64,000 nucleotides of DNA, from assembly GCA_000934665.2 (NCBI GenBank), contig JYFJ02000400.1:1-64000 (forward strand), given 5' to 3'. This document shows, in pieces, positions 29,201 to 41,200 of this stretch (the first letter of the stretch is position 1; the number at the start of each line of letters is the position of its first letter). The DNA comes from Catajapyx aquilonaris (taxonomy: Eukaryota). The notes under the pieces are model-generated. The model had not been told where the DNA came from. It did not search any database and was given only the letters and a program-made list of their open reading frames with translations. A program made the translations under genes and the position numbers.

Positions 29201-32200
29201 GTTTTCTCTAGCTACGTCTGTCCCTGTTCAGTAAAATCACATGCTCTACTTATGTGATCCTGTGGTGTATAGAGTAGGGAAACTAATGTTTGTGACGTAA
29301 CAGCTTTGAATAATTTTGTCAAATTACGAAGGACTGTTACGTGATTGGTGGGTAACAGTTACATGTGAGTTTTTGTCCGTATGTCTCTACCGCTAAATGA
29401 GAGCAGTGCCAGGGTGCACTGCGACTCAGCTGGTTTTGGTGTAAACATCAGCCCACAGAAAGGGAAATCCACCAACAACCCTGCTGTTATGTGATTTTGT
29501 CGAGTGGTCTTTGAACCTATGTTGGTCCAAATCTGAACGTAACTCATCCCAGTGTTTGTCTGCTTGTACTCGACGCTAGTCTCGTCTGAATAAAAGCCCT
29601 TCTACACTTAATATCACCATTTATTTAAACCTAATGCAAAATCTATAATCAATGATGAGCGAAAAGTAATTGATCATAATGAGAGACTGCCACTGTCGCT
29701 TAATTAGCTTAAGACGGTTATTTTTTTAATGGGGGGAGACCTCTCTTTTCGGGAAGTGCTGTCCACACGAGTCTCCCCTGAGGTGTGTGCTCCTCGGGAG
29801 GTGTGCTTTGCTTTACCCCCACCTCTGCCCCCTTCCATCCGACCTCCATCTCCATCAGGTGTAACTTTTCACGGGATGAAAAGAGGGTGAGGGCTAAGCT
29901 AAAATTAGGCGATCACTTCCCTGGAAGGAGCGGCTCCATATGCATAACCGCATTCCTCTGCCGTGACTCCTCCCGGTTTTAGGAGGAGGTTGTAACCCTG
30001 CCAATGTCTCGAAGTGTCAAGTGGGCCACTTGAGTCCTCTCAGGCCATTTTGGAATCCTACCAACAATTATAGCTTTTTTTTATGGGGGCCAGGTGGGAG
30101 AGAGAATTGCGGTTGTGAAGTGATTTACAGCTGATGGAGAAAAAAAATGTTGGAATTCAAGTGGGACGGCACACGTGGGGTTGATTTATAGGGTTAGGTA
30201 AGCACGTCTGTGTCTTGAGTGATTGAGATATATGGAGAGTTATGCCGCGCTATTGTTAATGTTTGCCTCTGTCTTATGCAATACCCAAAGTGAAAGCCAA
30301 AGCTAAGAACTGTTAGCTCATACGGGAGAAATTGGTCGATAATATTTGTATGTTTTATGCAAAGTAATGTGATCGCTGTCAGCGATGTTCTCTAAAAATA
30401 TGTTTCATTTTTTTCAGGTGAGTCTGGATTAGTTCTGGACACGTTGGATGCCCAGCGGCTGAAGAAGATCCGTGATTTGGAGGCCTACGCGCGGCCACAG
30501 AAGTCTGAGGCTGAACCAGAGCTTCAGAGACCAGTGTTCACCACTCCTCTGAACAGGTGTGTTTAATAATTGTTATTACGAATCCCATACTATTTTTCTT
30601 CCTCTCAATAATTCCATTGTATTGCTTTCAGCTTGGACAACCTGAAGGAAGGCGACCATGCCCATCTAGAGTGCAGGTTAGAGCCAATCAATGATCCCAA
30701 CTTGCGTGTGGACTGGTTTGTCAATGGTGTCGCCATCAAGACCGGACATCGCTTCCGCACCACGCATGACTTCGGATACGTTGCACTGGATATTCTGTAC
30801 GGATACGAGGAGGACTCGGGCACGTACATGTGCAAGGCTACCAACAAGGTTGGAGAAGCTGTCAACACATGCACCATCAGTTGCAAATGTAAGTGACCGT
30901 TTTTAAATGGCTGGTTGGCATTCTCTCTCATACATTTTGCTACGCAGCTCGCCGCAATATTTATCTGGACACCCAGCATCCTGAAGGATGGGAGAAGATC
31001 CGCGAACTGGAGTCCATGGGACGTCCAACTCCATCAGTGGCTGATGAGCTGCCTCTCACGCCACCAAGATTCGTCACTCAGCTTATTGTACGTAGTATAT
31101 ATTACACTTTAGACACATGATACAGCGGTAGAATAATTTTAAATCATCTGAAAATTTGTTTCCAGGGCACCACCGAACTATTTGAGGGTGAAAGGGCCCA
31201 CTTTGAGTGCCGTGTCGAGCCCATCCACGACCCCAACCTCAAGATCGAGTTCTACCACAATGGACGGCCACTTCCAACTGGATCTCGCTATCACACCACA
31301 TTTGATTTCGGCTACGTTGCTCTGGATATCAGTCACGTGTATCCTGAGGATGCAGGGGAGTACATGGCCCGAGCGTATAATGCCCTGGGAGAATGTACTT
31401 CCTCCGTCAAGATGATCGTGAAATGTGAGTACTCGCGTCAATTGATATTAATCTGTAGTACGCTACAATGCATTCTTGTAATTATTCTAGCACGAGGCAA
31501 CATCATAACGGACACTCAGCATCCAGAGGGCCTGGAAAAGATCAAGCAGCTGGAAGATACTTCCAGATTCAAGAGACCCGAGTACGCCGAGACCCAGAGC
31601 TTCCAGCGGCCAGTGTTCACTGTGCCGTTGCAAAACATTGACGCCATCAATGAGGGCCAGACGGCTCACTTTGAGTGCCGCTTGATCCCAGTTGGAGACC
31701 CGACCATGAAGGTGGAGTGGTTCAGAAATGAGAAGCCTCTGGAGACCAGCTCGCGTATTACCAAGACTCACGACTTTGGATACGTCGCGCTTGATCTGTC
31801 CTTCATCAGGCCAGAGGATGAGGGCATATACATGTGCAAGGCGGCCAACAACTTGGGCGAGGCAGTCACAACCGCATCCATGAAGATCAGATCCAAGGCA
31901 GACATCCAGCTTGAAACTCAGCATCCTGAAGGACTCAAGAAGATCCGCGAGCTTGAAGGTGGTCGTGCCCCATACAGAACCCCTGAAGCCGACAAGATCT
32001 TCGATAAGCCTGTCTTCACCGCCCAACTGACAGGACCGGCTGAGGTTTACGAGGGTAACAATGCCCACTTTGAGTGTAGAGTAATCCCAGTGGGTGACCC
32101 CGACCTCAAGTTCGAGTGGTATGTCAATGGAGTGGAGCTCAAGATGGGTAAGCCTCTTATTTAACAAGCTATCTGACTAGCTAACTAACACTGACACCAC

Positions 32201-35200
32201 ATTTGCAGATATATTCGGATACTTTATAAACACACAACCACCAGGTACATTTTAAGAAACAATTCTTTATCGGTGGTGGTTTTTGGTGGTGGAATATTAT
32301 TATCTGGCCAAGTAGTTGTGCATGCCTATCCGCATATCTTACAGTTAGAATGGTGCTGATATGTATATTTTGTGACAGGGTCTCGATTCCATGTTACGCA
32401 CGACTTTGGATTTGTCACTCTGGATGTCAGCAAGGTGGTGCCTGAAGACGCAGGAGTTTACATGTGCAAGGCGTTCAACAAAGCTGGAGAAGCTGTTTCA
32501 TCGACATCCATGCGAGTTATTGGTAAGTCACTGATCAATTTTGTGCATTACTCCTCAGGATGGTAGGTTTTGAGTGAACACTATTAACACTGGTCATTTT
32601 CTAGCTCGTTCGGGTATTATTGGTGAGCCGCAGAAACCGGAAGCCTGGGAGAAGATCCAGCTTCGTGAGACTGACAAGGGCAAACCGTCACTACCGACAC
32701 CCGAACCTGGTGCGCAACAACCACCTTTCTTCACCGTCCATCTCCAGAACCATGAAAACCTTGTGGAGAACCAGAACCTTCATCTGGAAGCCTTCGTCGA
32801 ACCAAAAGCTGATCCGAACCTGAAGGTGGAATGGTTCAAGAATGGCATCAACTTGATGACTGGAACTCGCCTCCGTTCAACATTCGACTTTGGGCTTGTC
32901 ACCCTGGACGTATCTGGTCTTCGGGACGATGATTCTGGCATCTACACTTGCAAGGCCACCAATCTTCTGGGCGAGGCCGTATCCACATGCACAATAAAGG
33001 TTAAGGACAAGCATTGGCTCCTGGGAGACTCTCTCCGTCCTGAAGCCCTGCCTCAAATTGCGGCTCTGGAAGGCGGAAAGGGAGGTCCAGCTATTGAGAC
33101 TCCTGAACCAGTCTACGACACGCCCATATTTATTACCCATCTCAACAATGTCATCTGCAAGGAAGGAGAGACCGCACACTTCGAGTGCAAGGTGGAGCCA
33201 TGCAAGGACCCAACTCTTAATATCGGTGAGTCATGCAAGGAATATGAGGATGAATTAATTAGCCAGTTAGGCAGCCAGGTCTGCGGAATTTCTGATTGAA
33301 TCCGATTTCACACATGTAAAGGCTGATTGCTACGTATCGGCATAGTTTTAAAAATATGATCTGAATTAAAACAGTTTTGCTCGTAACATAAAACATGCTC
33401 ATAATGTTGTTGTGAGATCCAACACTGGTTTAAACTGGCCTTTAAACTCTGGACCTTGGAGGCACCAAAGTTCAACCTAAGTTTCCTAACTGTATGTAAA
33501 ACAAAAAAAAATGTACATTCCTTTCACAGAGTGGTTCATGAACGGCAAGCCCATGATATCTGCTGCCCGATTTAAGTCCACGTACGACTTTGGCTATGTT
33601 GGTCTGGACATATCGCATGCTTACCCAGAGGACTCGGGTGTCCTGATGTGCAAGGCGACCAACTCGAAGGGAACTGCATCCACATCTGGAACTCTCAAGT
33701 GCATCGGGAGCTCCGACATTTACTTGGATACGCAACATCCTCAAGGCCAAGCTGGATTGGATAAGATCAAGGAGGCGGAGGATGCTGCCCTTGGAAAGGG
33801 CGGAAGGTTGCCACTGGAAGCAGACAAGGACTTCCAGAAGCCATGGTTCACCCTGCCTTTGGAGCAGACCGTAACAGTCAACGAGCAGGAATCGCTTCAC
33901 ATGGAATGCAGGGTGGAGCCTAAGGAAGATCCGAACCTCAAGATTGAATGGTTCTTCAGCGGAAAGGCTTTGGAACTAGGTAAGTTAATTCACGATTGCG
34001 CAACACTGTATTATTAGTCCGCACTTTATGACAGTAGAGTACAATAATTTCGTGCAACTAGGATCACGAATCAAGACCACATGTGACTTTGGTTTTGTGA
34101 CGCTCGACATCTCCGATATTTACGAGCGTGATCAGGGCATCTACACCTGCCGTGCAAGCAACAGACATGGAGAAGCCTTCACGTCATCAACTGTCTACTG
34201 CGTCAGTAAGTAACAGTGACATTTTGCACTTGCGCATACATGTATCGTAATGTTTTCACCTTTCTTTTTAGCCAAATCAAACTTGGTGCACACTACTCAG
34301 CATCCAAAGGGCGAGGCTGGTTTCGAAAAGATCCAGGACCTGGAAGACTCTCTCCGCAAGCCTGAAGGAGCACCTGCTGCTGACGACGCTGGACAACCAC
34401 CAAAGTTCACCTCACAGGTGAGATAAGCCACGTGCAATATGCGTTCAGACTGATTGGATGCGACCTTTCAATTACCCAAAAGCTAACAATGCTAATCATC
34501 TTTCAGTGTGAGGCTGAAATCTGCCCGATATTTTACCACCAGGTATTAAGAAATAGATATTCTCTGGTGGTGGGATCATATTGGCATGCTAATTTTAGTG
34601 ACATCATCTGGTTCGTTTCTTCACTTTTTGTGCGAATGTATTTCGGCCGTCATCAAATTTTAAAATTCTGAGCCAGTAATTTGTGCGACTAACATTTTTG
34701 ATCATAATTCTCTGGAGGTGAAATGTGGTTTTCTTCTTTCCGTAATTACTTGGATATGTCATCGTTCTATAGTCCAACATATTGGTGACGTTTCTTATTT
34801 TTGCAATGCAGTTCCAGAATCTGAGCAACTTGAGCGAAGGAGAAATTGCTCACTTTGAGGCCTCTCTGACCCCAACTGGTGACCAAACTATGGTTGTCGA
34901 GTGGTTTTATAATAACCAGTCCCTCAAAGCAAGTAAGTGTCATTTCATATATTATTTGCGAATAATTCAATGCCTATTCAATAAATTTTATAGCAATATT
35001 TCTGTACAAGCCCTAAGCATAGTCAATTAGTGTGCTACATGTTGCTCTTTCAATTTATTAGGTCATAGGACCCGTACTGTGCACGCATTTGGCATGGTCG
35101 TCCTGGAGATCTTGGGCACCAAGATTGAGGACTCTGGTCTGTACACATGCAAAGCGACCAACAAATGGGGCAAGGATGAGATCAGCGTGACCCTGGAGTG

Positions 35201-38200
35201 CGTCGACAAGGCCAAGGGTCAGAAGCCTCAGTTCACCACCCAGATTCAGAACATCGACCTTAATGAGAGCGAGGCGGCTCACTTCGAGTGCACTCTGATC
35301 CCTGTGGGTGACCCACACATGAAGGTCGAGTGGTTCCACAACGGAGTCCCACTCAGGCATTCATCCAGGATCAAGATGGTCTCGGACTTTGGGTTTGTGG
35401 TCATGGACATCTCGTCTGTGCAAGCCCACGATACCGGGGAGTATGTCTGCAGAGCTAGCAACAAGTAAGCGAATTCACTTGATTTGTTTAGCGCACAGGA
35501 TCTCATGCATTGGATGTCTTCTTCTTACAGATATGGTGAAGATCGTACTACAGCAACCATCCGCTGCAAGAGCAAGAGTGGGCTGTACCTTGACACTCTT
35601 CAGCCTGATGCCCTGGCACGAATCCGTGAGCTGGAAGCTGCCCAGTTCCAGTCGCAAGTACCAACCACTCCGACTGCCATGGAGCCTCCAAAGTTCATCA
35701 CTCAGTTCCAGGACATTATGCAGCTCAAGGAGGGCCAGAGCGCTCACTTTGAAGCACGCCTTATCCCAGTTAATGATCCGCTGCTTGTGGTGGAGTGGTA
35801 CTTTAACGGAAAGCGGCTCCGACATGGACACAAGTTCAGGACCTTCCACGACTTTGGAATTGTCATTCTGGATATCCTCTACTGCTACGAGGAAGATTCT
35901 GGCTTGTACGAATGCCGTGCTTACAACAAAGTAGGCGAAGACAGCACCAGGGCCAACCTGAAATGCGCATCGAAGGCAAGCTTAATCTTGGATCCGCAGC
36001 TTCCGAAAGACATGGAAGGAGGGCTTGAGAAGATCCAGACCCTTGAGGATGCCATGTACAGGCAGCGACAGGAGAAGGTCACTGAGGAGAAGAAACAAGC
36101 TCCAGTCTTTGTGGTTCCGCTCAGCAACGTGGACAACTTGAAGGAAGGAGAGAATGCTCACTTCGAGGCTAGGCTGACACCTACTGACGATCCAAAGTTG
36201 AAGGTTGAGTGGTTCTGGAATGGACGGCCTCTCAGGACAGGGTCGCGCATCAGGACCTTCCATGACTTTGGGTTCGTCATCCTGGAGATGGCCACCGTGT
36301 ATCCAGAGGATGCAGGAACATATGAGTGTCGTGCGAGCAACGAGTATGGAGAAGCCGTCACATCTGCAACTCTCAAATGCCAAGGTCTGCATCTTTTACC
36401 GTATTTTCCGCAACTAGATTTTAAATGTGCAATATTACTTTTTCAGGCAAGAGGGGCATCATCCTGGAATCACAGCTTCCAAAAGGCATGGAGAAGACAA
36501 TGGAGAAGATTGCAGAGCTGGAGGGTCTGGGCATTGGCCGCCATCCCGATATGCCGCTGGATGATGACACTGGAAAGCCTCCTGAGTTCATCACGACCCC
36601 AGCTGACCTTTCTCTGCCGGAGAACTCCCTGGCCCACTTTGAATGTCGTCTGACCCCAGTGAATGATCCCAGCATGCGTGTTGAATGGTTCCATAATGGG
36701 AAGCCACTTCTGTCTGGATCCAGGATCAAGACTATTAACGACTTTGGGTTCGTCATTCTCGAGCTGGGAGGAGTCTATCAGAGAGATGCCGGACTTTACA
36801 CATGCAAGGTATGAAGTTATCAATGTCACTCGCTGAGTTAATTCTAATTGCTTAAAAATTTTAGGCTACAAACAGGCATGGAGAGGCAACTGTGAACTGC
36901 ACTTTGACAGTGAAGAGTCGCCAGGGAATTGTCTTGGAGCCGCAGCTGCCGATGAACTTCCGCACAGGAACTGAGAAGATTCAACAGCTGGAGGAGAGCC
37001 TTCTGCATAAGGCAGAGATTGTGTCCGAAGAGGAGAAGCCCAACCCGCCTCGATTTGTGACTGAGCTAACAGATGTCCTGGACTTGACTGAAGGAGCTGC
37101 GGCCCACTTTGATTGCCGGGTTGAACCAGTAGGCGACCCAACCATGCGCATTGAGTGGTTCCTGAATGGACGGCCACTCACCATGGGATCTCGGGTCCAC
37201 ACTCTGGATGACTTTGGATTCGTGGTGCTGGACATTGACTACACCTACGCAAGAGACACCGGAGAGTATGTGTGCAGGGCCACCAACAAGTGGGGCTCGG
37301 CCACAACCAAGGCTAAGATGGTCAGTAGGGCCAAGAAGGACGTGGTACTGGAGTCACAGCTTCCGCAGGGAATGAGTGGCGAGAAGCTGAAGGAGCTTGA
37401 GAGGGGACCGGTTCATGAGCGGATTCAGGAGGACGCACCGCTTATGCCTCCCAAATTCATCACCCAGGCAAGTTTACTTTTACTCGCTCAAGAAGAACAT
37501 TGTACTATTCTGTCCTTTTACTCACAGGTTGAATCTTTGGGTGTCGGCGAGGGTGAACCGGCCCACTTTGAATGCCGCGTGGAGCCCAAGACTGACCCCA
37601 GGCTGCGGATCGAATGGTACCACAACGGGAAGCCCCTGCCAAGTGGGCATCGCTACCGGACCACGTACGACTTTGGGTTTGTCTCTCTGGACATCTTGTA
37701 CACTTATCCTGAAGATGCGGGAGAATATGTCTGCAGAGCTGTCAATGAACTAGGAGAAGACACCACCAAGGCCACCTTGTCTTGCAAGAGTGAGTACAAA
37801 TTCCAGATATATCCGCAAGTCATTATGCCTTATTGTTGTCATGAAATTGACCAATTTTCTTACATTTTTCCAGAGCTGCCTGGTATCCTGCTCCAAAACC
37901 AGATGCCGAAGGGTATGAAGAAGTCGGAGGCCGTCGTCCAGATGGAGGCTGCCTTGAAGAAATACACCTCCGAGATCCATCTGACGGAGGAAGACATTTA
38001 CGATCCGGACAAGAAGCAGCCTCCAAGGTTTGTGACCCAGATCCAGGATCAACTGACCTTAACCGAGATGGAAACCACCAAGTTTGAATGCCAGTTGGCC
38101 CCAGTTGGTGACCCTAACATGAAGGTCGAATGGTTCTTCAATGGGAAGCCTCTTCCACACAGTGAGTTCTGCTTGATATTAAGAAAACAACATCCGTTTC

Positions 38201-41200
38201 TTTCTTCTCAATTCTTTGCTCGTGTTTTACAGAGACGCGCTTCACTCCCATCTACGACTTTGGTTACGTTGCCATGAACTTTGGCTGGATTTACCCCGAG
38301 GACAGTGGAGAGTACCTGTGCAGAGCTACCAACCTGTACGGAATGGATGAGACCAGAGCCACAATCAAAACTACTGGAAAGCCTGGAATCATTTACGAGT
38401 CGCAGTTGCCTAAGGGAATGCAGAGTATTGAGAGAATCCGTGAGATGGAAGCCTCCTGGCAGAGGTGCGCAAATTTTGTAATGAATATTTTTTTTTCAAA
38501 ATGAAGTTATTGCATTGCATTATGAGATTTGAATTTTATTTTTCAGGACTGCTGATGTTTCTGTAGATGAAGAGCGTAAGAAGTCTGCTCCAGTGTTTGT
38601 GACCCAGCCAGAGTCCTGCAGCGTAGTGGAAGGAGAAAGTGCCCGATTCTGCTGCAGACTTACGGGATACCCAAGGCCAAGGGTCATGTGGCTGGTCAAT
38701 GGACACACTGTCTTGACTGTAAGGCAGCTTGTTACATTGCTTAGCTTGAAATCTTTCAATGACACGTATTTAAAAATGTGTTTTTGCAGGGAACTCGCTA
38801 CAAGCTGACGTATGACGGCATGTGGCACTTGGACATCCCTCGCACTCGTCAGTATGACCACGGCAAGGTGGAAGTGATAGCACGTAACTCTCTGGGTGAA
38901 GCGATGGCAAGTGCTGAGCTGACCGTGGTGCCCAGACACGACGACTACCGCAATGTTCTGAAGAATTCACCAAGGCGTAAGTCTTTCACATATCCAGATG
39001 CACAAGAAAAGCCTGGAATTTTCGGGAGACTTGGCTCCCTATACAGCTCAATTTTTTTTGATAAGACTTCAAAACATTTTTACAAGTATTAATACTAAAC
39101 CACTGGGTCACATTTTATTAATATATTTTTGTAAAAAAATAATGCTCATGATCTCTCTGACACATGTTCACAACTGAACAAGCAATTCTTGTGAACAAAT
39201 ATCCCGCATTTTTTACCACATTTATGCAGACTAATGAAAAGCACACTTCCACCATTTCGCCCTTGCTTTTCATTCAGTTTTGTCTTTCATTGCGAAGGTC
39301 AAACATAGCCTGCGCTGAATGAAAAGGACTGGCAAAATTGAAACTAACACACACTTGGCTTGGCTTCATGCTTTGCGTACACTCCAACAAATATTTAAAA
39401 AAAAGCAAAAGACGAATGACCACTATCATACCTAAAACTGGCAGTGGGATAAAAGTATTCCCCTCAATTGTCCTGCGCAACGATCGACGCCTAACAGTTA
39501 AGTGAATCTACTTTTTTCACTTGTTGCTTCTCTCAGGATTCGGCCAGGTATGGAATTGGGTAATCAAACCGCAGTTTTATTTTTATAATCGTTACATGTA
39601 TTTTGGTGGTCCTGAAAATTTTTGTTTCCCCCGCTTCTTCGGTCCCCCTTTTTTCTGTTACATTTTTTTTTGCATGGTTTTATGTGTTATGGAATAACTG
39701 CATTCATTAACTATGTGCATGAATTACCAGTGTACATTTTTATCATGGTAGTGGTATTGGTTCAGTGTCTTTTTAGTTCTTGTGTAAAGAAAAGGATTCA
39801 TTGTTGCCGTTTTTTCTTTTCCTGTTATCCAGTCTGTTGACTCAGTACTGTATGATCATTTTGAAAGTCATATTTTTGTTTTGTGAACCCATGTGTTCAA
39901 AAATATTAGTACAACAGTCCAGACAAGGGCAGTCCTCCCCATTCCCCCCTCTGTTTTTTTTATAAAATACTTGTTTTCATTTTTGTTGCACTTTTTTGTT
40001 CTTTTGTGTCCAATTATGAAAGAATGTGGAGACTGTAAAAATTCAAGTCTCTTCCTCCCCCCCCTCAACCCCGTTAGTTTATGTACTGAGAGTTTATCCC
40101 TTGTAATGCAAAGCAAGACACTTGCTTTGCATTTTGTGTCACGTGTAGAGGACTTTGAATAAGTGTTAGGAATGAACCCTCCCCTTTTTCAAACATTTCA
40201 ATGTTGTGAGAGAATCACCTCTGTTTTCGATATCAGCCGATGGTTCTCTTCTCATGCCGATTGAACTTGATTCGAATTGAGTGTGTGTTTCTTTGTAGCC
40301 TGGTACGATTATGACCTTGAGAGGTACCAGGAGGACAGACAAATGACAGAGTGGCAGAAAATGTATGATGAGAAACGTGAGGCTGGAATCAGACCTGACC
40401 TTTCCGAGACAATGAAGAAAAAGCCGCTCAGTGAAATGGAGCCAGAGTGGGCCAGTCAGGTGAAGCATATGAAGGGAGAGGAGTACTACAACAAGATTAG
40501 AGAGGTAATTATTAGACTATCTTGTTAATGGCATTCATCACTCAGAATGTTACATCAAGTTAATTTTTGTTATTGCAGTTGGAAGAGGGGCAGCTTGTCA
40601 AAGAGACCAAGATAAGGGAGCAAAGCCATCAGTATGCAATTCCCGGAGAGAAAGTTGCGCACAAATCCATGGCCCGAGGAATGGCCGAGAGCTACGAACA
40701 CAGCCTGTAAGTTCTTACTTTTTTACACAAACAGTCGTGGGTAAATTCTAGAACTTCAAGAGCTATGACTTTTCTGCTTTTAGCGAAGAGACGCCAGTTG
40801 ACCGAATAGCGACACCCAAGCTTACACGTAAAAAGAGGTATCCTAGGATGTTTTGGCACACATCATTATCTCCCCCTCCCCCACTGTGCGCATGATATGA
40901 TTTCTTCCAGAAATGTTTGATCCACTTTATTATTTTTGCATTGTGCTATTCTTCAACAAACAATATTCCCCCACATTTTTATATGCATTGTGCGCCACAT
41001 GCACTGAGACTTTACGGACATGCCCCACTATTCAGCCCGCCCTGTACAAAACCCTGCATAACAATATCACTTCAAAATGATGCTGTCACCTGCGTTGCAT
41101 CATTCTTGATGGGAAATTGTTGAAATAAGCTTTGACACATTTATTTCAGCACCAGAATTGTGAATCAGAAAATGCTAGTAAGACATTGTCCACTTTTCCC

